From NCBI GenBank assembly GCA_963664825.1, contig OY761614.1, positions 2,368,001 to 2,432,000 of the forward strand: a stretch of DNA of 64,000 bases, in the 5' to 3' direction. This stretch comes from an uncultured Holophaga sp. Lineage in GTDB: Bacteria; Acidobacteriota; Holophagae; Holophagales; Holophagaceae. How positions within the stretch are numbered: the first letter of the stretch is position 1; every line of letters starts with the position of its first letter. The position numbers and the translations under genes are program-made. The notes beneath the pieces are model-generated. The model saw nothing but the letters and a program-made list of their open reading frames with translations, searched no databases and had not been told where the DNA came from. Shown here piece by piece: positions 29,958 through 39,869 of this stretch.

Positions 29958-31406
29958 GTGTTCAAGGATCACTGGAATGACCCCACCCTCTCCCGTCGCT
30001 GCGACTGGATTGATCAGCTGCGCGGCTGGGCCGTGATCGTGATGATCGAAGTGCATGTGGTGAACGTGTGGCTCCACGCGGGGCTTCGTCCGGACTGGCT
30101 GAACTTCCTGAATGGCCTGGTGGCGCCCAGTTTCACCATGGCCGCAGGATTCAGCTTGGCCATTTCCACCTTCCGGACCGATGGCACCCTGCGCCCCTTC
30201 TGGCCCATGACGGCCAAGCGCCTGGGCTTCATCCTCCTCTGCGCCTACGCTCTCCACGCGCCGGGCTTCACCCTCGCGGACTGGACGGTGATGAATACGG
30301 CGCAGAAGGCCCGGGAGCTCTTCAAGATCGACGTCCTCCAGTGCATCGTCTTCTCGCTGCTGGTCCTGCATGGGTTGGCGCGGCTCGTGCGGAATCCGAG
30401 GGTGTTCACGTGGCTCGCGCTGGCGATCGCGGTCTTCGTGCCGCTCGTTTCGCCCTCCCTCTGGGCCACGGGTGTGGCCGATGGCATCTGGCTGCCCCTC
30501 CGGGGCATCTTCAATGGCAATCCCGACCGCGGCCTGCAGGCCATCTTCCCCCTCTTTCCCTGGGTCGCCTTCCCGGCCTTCGGCGCCTTCCTGGGCGGGC
30601 TCTACCGGCATCTGCGAGTGGAGCCCATGGAGGGCAGGGCCCGCTGGAGCGAACCCCGCTACCTGGCGGGTTTGGCCCTGATGGGGGTCGCGCTCATGGC
30701 ATGGGGCTTCTCCCGCCAGCATGCCTGGCTCTGGGGAGGCCAGTGGATCCAGCAGAACGGCGTCTGGATGCTCCATGGCACCTCGGGTGAATTCACCTTC
30801 AGCGAACTGGTCAATATCTCCAATGCCACCCTGCCCAGCGTGGCGGGCCGCCTGGGCTGCATCCTCCTGGCGGGGGCGGTCCTGGGCGCGGTGGAATTGG
30901 TGCGGCCCCGTTGGAAGGGCCCCAATCCCGTGGAAGCCGCCAGTCGGGAATCCCTGCTGCTCTACATGCTGCACCTGAACCTGATCTTTGGCCTGCTGCT
31001 CTCCCCGGCGCTCATCGGCCTCACCGGTTGGGGCCCGGGCAGCCTGGGCTGGACGGGGGCCCTGGGGATGACTGCCGCGATCATCGGATTCAATCTTCTG
31101 GCGGGCGTGGTCTGGCAGAGGGTCCGGGAGACGCCGGACTTCATGCGCGGCCTCCAGCGCAAGGCTGTGGTGGCCCTGGGCATCTGGTTCCTGCTGGGAG
31201 GATGGTGGACCTTCGGCCACTTCCTGCGGAGCCCCGAACTGGCCAAGGAACCCTACCGCTTCCTGAATGCGGCGCGCCTCCGGAAGGGCCTGCCTCCCAC
31301 CTCCGACGGTCTGAGCCGGGATCCCATGGAAGGGCTCCGGGAGAAGGCCCGTCGGCACTTCAAACTCAGCGCGCAGGAACGCCAGATGCTGGAATCCAGG
31401 CCGTGA
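29958..31406 (+). CDS. DUF1624/HGSNAT-like membrane acyltransferase
   Basis: IDQLRGWAVIVMIEVH, VAPSF, DVLQCI, FPLFPW, SLLLYMLH; multiple TM helices; GAGGAG plus GTG start. Confidence 0.8.
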   Translation: MFKDHWNDPTLSRRCDWIDQLRGWAVIVMIEVHVVNVWLHAGLRPDWLNFLNGLVAPSFTMAAGFSLAISTFRTDGTLRPFWPMTAKRLGFILLCAYALHAPGFTLADWTVMNTAQKARELFKIDVLQCIVFSLLVLHGLARLVRNPRVFTWLALAIAVFVPLVSPSLWATGVADGIWLPLRGIFNGNPDRGLQAIFPLFPWVAFPAFGAFLGGLYRHLRVEPMEGRARWSEPRYLAGLALMGVALMAWGFSRQHAWLWGGQWIQQNGVWMLHGTSGEFTFSELVNISNATLPSVAGRLGCILLAGAVLGAVELVRPRWKGPNPVEAASRESLLLYMLHLNLIFGLLLSPALIGLTGWGPGSLGWTGALGMTAAIIGFNLLAGVVWQRVRETPDFMRGLQRKAVVALGIWFLLGGWWTFGHFLRSPELAKEPYRFLNAARLRKGLPPTSDGLSRDPMEGLREKARRHFKLSAQERQMLESRP

Positions 31407-32656
31407 GCGCCCCTGCCAGTGACGCCTTCCCTTCCTGGATGGCCGTGCTCGTCGGTGGGCTGGTGCTCTACCGCGGCGCCATGGCCTGCCTGCTGGAGGC
31501 CTTCCACGCCCTGCCTTCCATCCAGCGACGGCGCTTGATGGAAGAGGCGGCCATCCCGAACCCCATGCTGGCCAAGCGTCTCGCCCGGCCCCATGCCCTG
31601 GGCCTGGGCATCGCCCTCTGGAACCAGGCCCTCCTGGTGCTGCTGATCGCCCTGCTCTGGCCTGTCCATGCCGTGCTCCCCGGGGGCATCTGGACCTTCG
31701 TGGCCCTGGCCCTGGTCTACGTCTGGGTCATGGATCTGGCCCTTCCCACCCTGCTCACGGGGGCCTCCCCCGGGGTCTGGATCTTCCGCTTATTTCCCTT
31801 CTACGCCCCGTCCCACCGCATCCTGGGTCCCCTCATCGCACCCCTGGCTCGCTATGTGGAGCGCCAGCGGGAGGCCCAGGACCGGGTGCGGGATTCCGTC
31901 GATGAGGAGCCCAGCGATGACGCCGTGACGGCCCTCCTGGAGGAGGGTGAGGCTGAGGGCATTCTGGAGGAGGAGGACCGGGAGCTCATCCGCAACGTGG
32001 TGGGCTTCGGCGATACGGTGGTGCGGGAGGTGATGACGCCCCGCACCTCCATCCAGGCCATCGATGCCGCGGCCGACTCCGAGGAAGTCTGGGCGGCCTT
32101 CCGGGCCAGCCGCCATTCACGCCTGCCCTTGGTGGACGGCGCGCCGGACGATGTGCTGGGGGTGATCCTGCTGAAGGACCTGCTCCAGACCGAACCAGGC
32201 CAGGCCCTGGATCTGCGGGCCCTGGCCAAACCGGCCCTCTTCGTGCCCGAGAGCAAACACACGCTGGAACTCCTCCGGGAGATGCAGCGGAGCCGCAACC
32301 CCATGGCCATCGTCGTCGATGAATTCGGCAGTGTCTCCGGGCTGGTCACTCTGGAGGATCTGCTGGAGGAAGTCTTCGGCGAGATCCGAGAGGAGCACGA
32401 GGCCTCCGCGGAGATCCAGGAACTGACGGATGGTTCCCTGCTGGTGGCTGGCCAGGTCCACATCGAGGATCTGGAGACCCGCCTGGGCGCCCAGTGGGAG
32501 CGCGAGGGCTTCGATACGGTGGGGGGGCTCGTGATGGCGCGCCTGGGGCGTGTGCCCCTGCCCCAGGAGTGCGTGGAGACCCCGGAAGCGCGGTTCACGG
32601 TGCTGGCCATGGATGGGCCGCGGGTGCTGCAGGTGAAGGTGGAACGGCTGCCCTAG
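31403..32656 (+). CDS. HlyC/CorC family CBS-domain membrane protein
   Basis: VVREVMTPR, HSRLP, MAIVVDEFGSVSGLVTLEDLLEEVFGEI, CorC_HlyC tail; GTGA overlap with the upstream gene. Confidence 0.9.
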   Translation: MSAPASDAFPSWMAVLVGGLVLYRGAMACLLEAFHALPSIQRRRLMEEAAIPNPMLAKRLARPHALGLGIALWNQALLVLLIALLWPVHAVLPGGIWTFVALALVYVWVMDLALPTLLTGASPGVWIFRLFPFYAPSHRILGPLIAPLARYVERQREAQDRVRDSVDEEPSDDAVTALLEEGEAEGILEEEDRELIRNVVGFGDTVVREVMTPRTSIQAIDAAADSEEVWAAFRASRHSRLPLVDGAPDDVLGVILLKDLLQTEPGQALDLRALAKPALFVPESKHTLELLREMQRSRNPMAIVVDEFGSVSGLVTLEDLLEEVFGEIREEHEASAEIQELTDGSLLVAGQVHIEDLETRLGAQWEREGFDTVGGLVMARLGRVPLPQECVETPEARFTVLAMDGPRVLQVKVERLP

Positions 32657-32668
32657 GGGCTTGGCCAG

Positions 32669-33862
32669 CTACGTGACCAGATGATCTGCCAGTGCCGCCT
32701 GGGACCGGTCCTGAACCGCGTCCATATCCATGGGCAGTTCGACATGGAAGGTGGCGCCTTCACCGTAGCGACTCTCCACCCATACGCGGCCGCCATGGAG
32801 TTCGACTCGGTGCTTGACGATGGAGAGCCCCAGTCCTGTGGAAAATTCGTTTCCGGTGGGGAGGGCGCTGAGGCGCTGGTACAGGCCGAAGGCCAGCTTC
32901 TTATCCTCTTCCGTGAGCCCAGGTCCCTGGTCCTTCACTCGGAAGAGGACCCTGTTTCCTGCCCTTGTCAGGGAGATCCATACGGAGCGTTGAGCGGGCG
33001 AGAACTTGATGGCGTTGTTGATGAGATTATCCATGATGTCCCGGACCCTGGCGGCGTCGACCCTGGCCACCAAGGGCGCTTCCTTGGGGACCTCGCATCC
33101 CAGGTGGATCTGCTTGGATTCTGCGTAGATCCGGTTCTCCTCTGCCACCTCCAGGGTGAGGCCCGAAAGGTCCGTGGGCTGGAAGTTCATCTCGTATTGG
33201 CTGGTCTCTGCGGCCGCGGAGTCGAGGAGGGCCTGGATGATGCCCAGCATCTTCTGGATGGATTCCCGGATCCGTTGGAGCTTTTTGTGCTTGAGGCTCA
33301 CGGAGTTCGGATCCTCCAGGGCTTCGCCGAGCTGGTCGGCCAGCAGGAGGATCGTGGTCATGGGGTTCTTCAGATCGTGGGCGGCCACCGCGAGGAAGCG
33401 GCTCTTGAGGAGGTTGAGTCGGCGCAGTTCCTCGTTGGTGGCTTCCAGCCTCAAGAGAGAATTTTTCTCACGGTCCGCGAACTGTTTTCGGCGCAGGCCA
33501 GAGGCGAGGCGGGCCCGCAGGAGGGCGCGATCGATGGGCTTGGGGAGATAGTCATCGGCGCCGAGTTCGATGCATTCGCGGATGGCCTTGGCCTCGTTGA
33601 GGGCCGAGAGCATGATCACGGGAATATCCCGGAGGCCCTCCTCCTGTTTGAGAATGCTGAGGGTCTGGATGCCGTCCAGGCGGGGCATCATGACATCCAG
33701 CAGGATGACATCGAAGGCTCCGGCCCTAGCTTTTTCAACGGCTTCGAGGCCGTCCTGGGCCACTTCCGTGCTGAGGCCTTCGCGTTCCAGCATGCGTGCA
33801 AGGGCATCCCGGTTGGTGTCTAGGTCGTCGACGACCAGAACATGTCCCTGGAGCGATGTCAT
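32669..33862 (-). CDS. REC-HisKA-HATPase hybrid histidine kinase
   Basis: VLVVDD...LLDVMMP, AHDLKNP, NLINNAIKFS, DQGPG, GLGLSIV. Confidence 0.92.
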   Translation of the reverse strand: MTSLQGHVLVVDDLDTNRDALARMLEREGLSTEVAQDGLEAVEKARAGAFDVILLDVMMPRLDGIQTLSILKQEEGLRDIPVIMLSALNEAKAIRECIELGADDYLPKPIDRALLRARLASGLRRKQFADREKNSLLRLEATNEELRRLNLLKSRFLAVAAHDLKNPMTTILLLADQLGEALEDPNSVSLKHKKLQRIRESIQKMLGIIQALLDSAAAETSQYEMNFQPTDLSGLTLEVAEENRIYAESKQIHLGCEVPKEAPLVARVDAARVRDIMDNLINNAIKFSPAQRSVWISLTRAGNRVLFRVKDQGPGLTEEDKKLAFGLYQRLSALPTGNEFSTGLGLSIVKHRVELHGGRVWVESRYGEGATFHVELPMDMDAVQDRSQAALADHLVT

Positions 33863-34233
33863 GAGTGGTCTCCTCCCAGATGCATCTCGATCTTGGCCAG
33901 CAACCGGGCGAATTCCACGGGCTTGGTCTCGTAGTCCGTGCAGCCCGCATCCATGGCCTGTTGACGGTCGCTGGAGAGGGCGTGGGCCGTGAGAGCGATG
34001 ACGGGCACTTCCCGCATGGCAGGATCCAGCCGCAGTCGTTGTGTGGCGGCGTAGCCGTCCAGTTTGGGCAGGCTGATATCCATGAGAATGAGTTCCGGGA
34101 GCTCGGCCAAGGCCGTCGCCACGGCGGCTTCTCCATCCTCGGCGCAGATCACCTCGAAGCCCCGTCTTTGGAGGAGGCGGGTCAGCACATCGCGGTTCAT
34201 CTCGTTGTCTTCGACTAGGAGAATCTTGGTCAT
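33859..34233 (-). CDS. Single-domain response regulator (DivK-like)
   Basis: ILLVEDNEMNR, LMDISLPKLDG, IALTAHA, ETKP. Confidence 0.92.
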   Translation of the reverse strand: MTKILLVEDNEMNRDVLTRLLQRRGFEVICAEDGEAAVATALAELPELILMDISLPKLDGYAATQRLRLDPAMREVPVIALTAHALSSDRQQAMDAGCTDYETKPVEFARLLAKIEMHLGGDHS

Positions 34234-36149
34234 CAGGACGCCTCCCCTTTACCGCTCCGGCTCCGACCCAGGCTGCGCAGGATGAGGGTCCGCCATTCCT
34301 TCATCAGACTCTCCTTCGAACAGGAATCCTGTTGCCGAACCCCCTGGATGGGAGGTGCGGACAAGCGGTCCTGCTCTTCCGAGGTGAGGGGCTTGTCCGT
34401 TAGGACCAGGATAGGCACTTCCCGGAGGGCCCTGTCTTGTTGGATATCGGCGGCCAGCTGGAACCCATCCATCCCCGGCATCATCAGGTCCAGGATGACT
34501 AGGCTGGGATGCTCCAGCTGGAGGTGCTCCAGCGCCTGCGCGCTGTTCCGGGCCTGGCGGACCTCCCATCCTTCGGCCTCCAGTATGAGGGAGAGCGCCT
34601 CCATGGTGAGCGGGTTGTCCTCCACCAGGAGCAGGGGCCGATGGGTGGGGCTGATGCCCAGGCGTCTCAGTGGCTCAATCAACCTGTCCCGGGAGACCGG
34701 TTTGCAAAGGTATTCGGCGGCACCCACGGCGAAACCCTGGCCAGGATCATCCACCTTGGTCAGGAGGACCACCTGGATATCCCGTAACTCGGGGTCCTCC
34801 TTGAGCTGGGCCAGGATCTGCCAGCCCTCCTTTCCCCGCATCCAGATGCCCAGCGTGATCAGGTCAGGATGGAGCGTGCGGGCCAGCTCAAGACCTTCGG
34901 TGCCATCCTGGGCGACAACGGGCCAGAGGCCCTCCTGGATAAGCATCTGGGAGAGGTCTTCGCGTATGGCAGAGTCCTCGTCGATGATGAGCACCTTCCG
35001 CCGTTCCGAATCCGGGGATTCGGGCGCGAGGACTGAATCCCCGGATTGGGGACGGAGGGGGAGACGGAAGGTGAAGGTGGAGCCCTCTCCAGGTGCGCTG
35101 GTGACGCTGAGCTCCCCGTCCAGGAGGGAGGTGAGCTTCCGGCAGAGGGAGAGCCCCAGCCCCGTTCCGCCGAAGCGGCGGGTGGTGCTCTCGTCGGCCT
35201 GGGTGAATTCATGGAAGACCCGCAGGACCTGATCATCCGTCATCCCGATGCCGGAATCCTGGACCTGGAAGACGGCCACCGGTCCTTCCCTCTTGACCCT
35301 GAGGAGGATCAGTCCGTTCTCGGTGAATTTGGCGGCGTTATTGAGGAGGTTGTAGAGGATTTGGCGGAGCATCCGGAGATCGGTCTGGATGCACGGAAGG
35401 GCGGGATCGAGTTCCATGGAGAAGCGGTTGTGGTTCTTGGCGACCAGGGGCTGGACCGTGCGTTCGATGTCTCCGAAAAGGGTGGGCAGGTCGCAGTCCT
35501 CCAGATAGGCGCTCATGCGACCCGCCTCGATCTTGGCGAGATCCAGGATGTCGTCGATGAGGGAGAGGAGATGCTTGCCCGCCGATTGGATCTTGGCCAG
35601 GTCCGGCACGAGGTCGCTCATGCCCCGCTCCTGGATCTCGTCGGTCAGGAGCTCGCTGTAGAGCAGGATGGCATTGAGGGGAGTCCGCAGTTCGTGGCTC
35701 ATATTGGCCAGGAAGGTGCTCTTGGCCCGGTTGGCCTCCTCGGCCTTCTCCTTGGCCAGCAGCAGCTGGGTATTGGCCCTCAGCAGCTGTTCGCTGCGCT
35801 GGGTCACCTGGTCCTCCAGGCGGACGGCATAGTCCTTCTCCTGATTGATCTTCCGATCGGTGTTGGAGCGCTGCTGGAGGGGCCCGGTCATCTGCTTCTG
35901 AAGCACGAAGGAGATCAGGAGGACCAGTCCGAAGGCCAGGAGGGAGATGCCGACCAGGATCTGGGAAGCCAAGCCGAGCCCCTTCAGATCCGAGTGGATG
36001 AAGAGCGTGCCCAGGAATGCGGTCGCACTGGTCAGTACGGAAAGCCCCGTGACCAGGACCAGCAGCAGGATGAGTCGACGCTTGAGCAGAAATTTTCGGA
36101 AAGCCGGAAGCACGGGGATTCCTCGACGATCATCTAATAAAAAACGCAT
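34233..36149 (-). CDS. Membrane hybrid histidine kinase with two receiver domains
   Basis: Two TM helices, FLANMSHELRTPLNAI, NLLNNAAKFT, GGTGLGL, two REC domains; start codon uncertain. Confidence 0.88.
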   Translation of the reverse strand: MRFLLDDRRGIPVLPAFRKFLLKRRLILLLVLVTGLSVLTSATAFLGTLFIHSDLKGLGLASQILVGISLLAFGLVLLISFVLQKQMTGPLQQRSNTDRKINQEKDYAVRLEDQVTQRSEQLLRANTQLLLAKEKAEEANRAKSTFLANMSHELRTPLNAILLYSELLTDEIQERGMSDLVPDLAKIQSAGKHLLSLIDDILDLAKIEAGRMSAYLEDCDLPTLFGDIERTVQPLVAKNHNRFSMELDPALPCIQTDLRMLRQILYNLLNNAAKFTENGLILLRVKREGPVAVFQVQDSGIGMTDDQVLRVFHEFTQADESTTRRFGGTGLGLSLCRKLTSLLDGELSVTSAPGEGSTFTFRLPLRPQSGDSVLAPESPDSERRKVLIIDEDSAIREDLSQMLIQEGLWPVVAQDGTEGLELARTLHPDLITLGIWMRGKEGWQILAQLKEDPELRDIQVVLLTKVDDPGQGFAVGAAEYLCKPVSRDRLIEPLRRLGISPTHRPLLLVEDNPLTMEALSLILEAEGWEVRQARNSAQALEHLQLEHPSLVILDLMMPGMDGFQLAADIQQDRALREVPILVLTDKPLTSEEQDRLSAPPIQGVRQQDSCSKESLMKEWRTLILRSLGRSRSGKGEAS

Positions 36150-36321
36150 ATAGAGCAGGGCGGAGTCATTCTTCGGTCGAAATGCAACAAAGGGAAGACA
36201 TGGAGCGAACTGTCCCCAGAATCCTATCGGCGGGAATTAGGGTTGGGTGAATTTCCTAGGGGTGGAGTTTCTCCCCGTCACGGGTTTGGGCGCTCCCCCG
36301 TTAGAGTTAGTTGGGGGTTTC

Positions 36322-37584
36322 ATGATCCGTCGCCTGCTTGCTCTCCTGGCCCTGCTGGCTCTGCCGGTCGCCCTGGTGATCGTGGGAAAGAAGTCCCAGC
36401 ACCGCTTGGTGCCCCAGCCTCGGGGCATCGTGCTGGGGCTCTATGCGGGGCTTCCGGACTACGACTACCGGGAGGAGCTGGACCGGATCGCCTCTACCGG
36501 CGCCACCTGCGTCAGCCTGCAGGCCATCTACCGCATGGAGCGCTACGATAGCCTGGAAATCGTGCGCCATCCCACCAGTAGTCCCACGGAGGAGAGCCTG
36601 CGCCGGACCTTCCGCCAGGCCCGGGAACACGGCCTGCGGATGATGTTTTTCCCCACCATCAATCTGCGGGATGAGGCAGGTAACGCCAAGTGGTGGCGAG
36701 GCAACATCCGGCCCCGAGACTGGGCGACCTGGTGGAGGAACTACACGGCCTTCAATGTCCACCTGGCGGCCTTGGCCCAGGAGGGGGGGGTCGAGTGGTT
36801 CAGCCTGGGCACCGAGATGGAGAGCACCCATCCCTTCCCCGAGGAATGGAGGGCCCTGGCTCGGGAAGTGCGGAAGGTGTTCAAGGGCAAGCTCACCTAC
36901 AGCGTCAACTTCGATGCCCACGATAGCTTCCTCTTCGGCGATTGCCTGGACGTGATCGGCATCAACACCTACGACCCCATCGCCAAGTTCGATGATTACC
37001 CCAGCGATGATCAGATCCGAGACGCTTGGTGGTGGATCGTCTACAAGGCCCGGACACTGCAGGTGCGTTTCGGGAAGCCCGTCATGGTGACCGAGGTGGG
37101 ATACCCCAGCGTCGCCCACGCCCACGTGGGACCCTGGGATTTCCGCACCGATAAGCCCGCGGATCCGGAACTGCAGGACCACCTCGTCCATGGCGCCCTG
37201 AAGGTGCTGCGGAACTGGGGCGACGGGGGGGCGGTCTTCTACTACCTCTATGGCGAGAACCTGAAGCAGGGCCAGCTGCCTGGCGGCATGGCCGACCGAA
37301 CCTACGCCCCCTGGGGCAAGCCCGTGGAAAAGACCCTGCGCTGGTATTTCCACGAACCCATCTTCGAAGGGGCCATCCCCCTCGATTCGGCCAACGCCCA
37401 CGAGGCCATGATCCAGATGCTCACCTCCAGCCTGCGCAAGGAACGGGACTACGAGGATGGCCTCCGACCGACCTGGGTGAAAAAGTGGCTGGTGGAGCAT
37501 CCCGAGGACCTGAAGCAGGTGCAGGCCATCCTGGCCCTGGAGCCCGTGCCCGCGCGGAAGATTCCCAAGGGGAAGGAACGGTGA
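36322..37584 (+). CDS. Glycoside hydrolase family 113-like TIM-barrel protein
   Basis: N-terminal TM/signal, WRGNI, SLGTEM and VMVTEVGYPS catalytic-Glu motifs. Confidence 0.75.
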   Translation: MIRRLLALLALLALPVALVIVGKKSQHRLVPQPRGIVLGLYAGLPDYDYREELDRIASTGATCVSLQAIYRMERYDSLEIVRHPTSSPTEESLRRTFRQAREHGLRMMFFPTINLRDEAGNAKWWRGNIRPRDWATWWRNYTAFNVHLAALAQEGGVEWFSLGTEMESTHPFPEEWRALAREVRKVFKGKLTYSVNFDAHDSFLFGDCLDVIGINTYDPIAKFDDYPSDDQIRDAWWWIVYKARTLQVRFGKPVMVTEVGYPSVAHAHVGPWDFRTDKPADPELQDHLVHGALKVLRNWGDGGAVFYYLYGENLKQGQLPGGMADRTYAPWGKPVEKTLRWYFHEPIFEGAIPLDSANAHEAMIQMLTSSLRKERDYEDGLRPTWVKKWLVEHPEDLKQVQAILALEPVPARKIPKGKER

Positions 37585-37709
37585 GCAGGATCGCGCATTT
37601 CGAGTAGCCGACCGCCGTCAGGCGGTGGCGTAGAGCAGCGCGGCACAGGCTTGGGCGAAGCCCAAACTGTGCAGTGCTGCGGCTCGAAATGCCGTAATGC
37701 GTCCTCGCT
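37584..37709. other. Multibranched structured non-coding element
   Basis: Closing stem GCATTTCGAG/CTCGAAATGC encloses two hairpins (ACCGCC-GTCA-GGCGGT and a long TTGGGC-GAA-GCCCAA arm). Confidence 0.7.
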
Positions 37710-37819
37710 GAACGCGAACTGACTGAACTAATCGCACAAGTTCGGTCCGGAATCGGGCCAGGAAGCCTCGTTGTCAGCCGTGAGCCAGATCATGCCCTCT
37801 TCCGAGTAGCATTTGCACC

Positions 37820-38464
37820 ATGCGCATCCTGCTTGCCCGTCATGGGGAAACCCTCTGGAATGTGGAAGGCCGCCACCAGGGCCAGGGCTTCGATATCCCC
37901 TTATCCGAGGCGGGCCGGGCCCAGGCTGAGGCCCTGGCGGGGCGCTTCCGGTGCGAACCCATCGCCCGCGCGGTGGCGTCTCCGCTTCTGAGGGCCCGCC
38001 AGACCGCCGAGATCGCCCTGGGAGCGCGAGCCGCCATGCTCACGTTCGACCCAGGTTTCATGGAAATTTCCCATGGTGAATGGGAGGGCCGTCTGGCCTC
38101 GGAGATCCGCCAGGCTTATCCCGAGCTCCAGCAGGCTTGGCGGGAAAAGCCCCACACCGTGCGCCTGCCCGGGGGGGAAACCCTCCAGGAGGTCCAGGAT
38201 AGGGCCTGGGCGGCCCTGCTCCGGGCCTGTGAGGGTCTCGAAGGGGAGGATACGCTGCTTGTGGTCTCCCACGATGGGGTGAACCGGGCGCTCCTCTGCC
38301 GAGTGCTGGGGCTGCCCCTGGCGCGGGTCTGGTCCTTCCGCCAGGCCCCCACGGGTCTGAACCTGCTGGAGGGGGCGGACCCCGAGGGGCTGGTCCTGGT
38401 GCGCCTCAATGATGCCAGTCACTTGAGTCACCTTTTCGGGGAAGTGGTTCACAGAAAGCTGTAG
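37820..38464 (+). CDS. Histidine phosphatase family protein, probable metal-independent phosphoserine phosphatase
   Basis: RHGET, SPLLRA, EISHGEWEG (His typical of iPSP/PspA), VSHDG; adjacent to serA/serC. Confidence 0.8.
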   Translation: MRILLARHGETLWNVEGRHQGQGFDIPLSEAGRAQAEALAGRFRCEPIARAVASPLLRARQTAEIALGARAAMLTFDPGFMEISHGEWEGRLASEIRQAYPELQQAWREKPHTVRLPGGETLQEVQDRAWAALLRACEGLEGEDTLLVVSHDGVNRALLCRVLGLPLARVWSFRQAPTGLNLLEGADPEGLVLVRLNDASHLSHLFGEVVHRKL

Positions 38465-38584
38465 GATTCTCTTCTATCCCTTCCAGGATGGATGAATATG
38501 CGCGAAAATATGCGCAGAAACGCCCTCCTGGTACCCTTGCGGGGTCTTCTTTCATTCCAGTCATTCTTCTTGGGGGAATCCAAT

Positions 38585-39823
38585 ATGTCCCAGATCCAGC
38601 CCTTCCGCGCCTTTCGGCCCAAGGCCGAACTCGCAGGCCAGGTAGCCTCGGTGCCCTACGATGTGATCAATACGAAGGAGGCCCGGGCGCTGGCCGCCGG
38701 GAACGCCCATTCCTTCCTCCACGTGGGCCGTCCCGAGATCGATCTGCCCGAGGGGGTCGACGAGCACGATGCCAAGGTCTACGCCACAGGGGCTGCAAAT
38801 CTGAAGAAGTTCATCGCCGAAGGCACCCTCTATCACGAAGACAAGCCCTGTCTCTATGTCTACCAGCAGAAGATGGGCGATCACGTGCAGGCGGGCATCG
38901 TGGCCCTCTGCTCGGCCAAGGAATACGAGAATAACCTCATCAAGAAGCACGAGTACACCCGGAAGGACAAGGAGGACGACCGCACCCGCCACGTCACCGA
39001 GCAGGGCGCTAACGCCGAGCCGGTCTTCCTCACCTACCGCGCCGTGCCCTACATCGATCATGTGGTCGACGCCACCCGCAAGGGCAAGCCCGACTATGAC
39101 ATCGTCACGCCGGACGGCATCGGCCACACGGTCTGGACCATCCGGGACGAAGGGGTGATCACCGAGTTGGTGAGCTTCTTCAACGGCGTGCCCGCCCTTT
39201 ACATCGCCGATGGCCATCACCGCACTGCGGCCGCCATTCGTTATGCCCAGGGCCGTCGCGCTTCCACGGCCCAGCCCACGGGTGAGGAACCCTTCGAGTC
39301 CTTCATGGCCGTGGTCTTCCCCCACAACCAGCTGAAGATCATGGACTACAACCGCGTCGTGAAGGATCTCAACGGTCTTACGCCTGAGGCCTTCCTGGCC
39401 AAGGTGGGCGAGAAGTTCGAGATCGCCCCGGCCTCCAAGCCCCAGCCCGAGAAGGTCGCCAGCTTCGGCATGTTCTTCCAAGGGAAGTGGCACCGCCTCG
39501 AGGCCAAGGCCGGCAGCTTCCCCGCCAGCGATCCCGTGAAGAGCCTGGACGTGAGCATTCTCCAGGAGAACCTGCTGAATCCCATCCTCGGCATCCAGGA
39601 TCCCCGCACCGATAACCGCATCGATTTCGTGGGTGGCATCCGGGGCATGAAGGAGCTGGAACAGCGCGTGAACGAGGGTGCCGCGGTGGCATTTGCCATG
39701 TTCCCCACCAGTTTGGTGCAGCTCATGGCGGTCTCCGACGCCGGCCAGATCATGCCCCCCAAATCCACCTGGTTCGAGCCCAAGCTCCGCTCCGGCCTGC
39801 TGGTGCGGGTCTACGAAGACTGA
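38585..39823 (+). CDS. DUF1015 family protein (ParB/Srx-like fold)
   Basis: PYDVI, IKKHEYTR, LYIADGHHR, IMPPKSTWFEPKLRSGL. Confidence 0.92.
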   Translation: MSQIQPFRAFRPKAELAGQVASVPYDVINTKEARALAAGNAHSFLHVGRPEIDLPEGVDEHDAKVYATGAANLKKFIAEGTLYHEDKPCLYVYQQKMGDHVQAGIVALCSAKEYENNLIKKHEYTRKDKEDDRTRHVTEQGANAEPVFLTYRAVPYIDHVVDATRKGKPDYDIVTPDGIGHTVWTIRDEGVITELVSFFNGVPALYIADGHHRTAAAIRYAQGRRASTAQPTGEEPFESFMAVVFPHNQLKIMDYNRVVKDLNGLTPEAFLAKVGEKFEIAPASKPQPEKVASFGMFFQGKWHRLEAKAGSFPASDPVKSLDVSILQENLLNPILGIQDPRTDNRIDFVGGIRGMKELEQRVNEGAAVAFAMFPTSLVQLMAVSDAGQIMPPKSTWFEPKLRSGLLVRVYED

Positions 39824-39869
39824 ACCACAAACCCATCACGGTGAATCTTTTCCTTTTCTGGAGGTTCCA

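Noticed and set aside
38486..38503. ARG-box-like TGGATGAATATGCG upstream of DUF1015
   Set aside because: Single degenerate match with no tandem box, and not near the arginine genes
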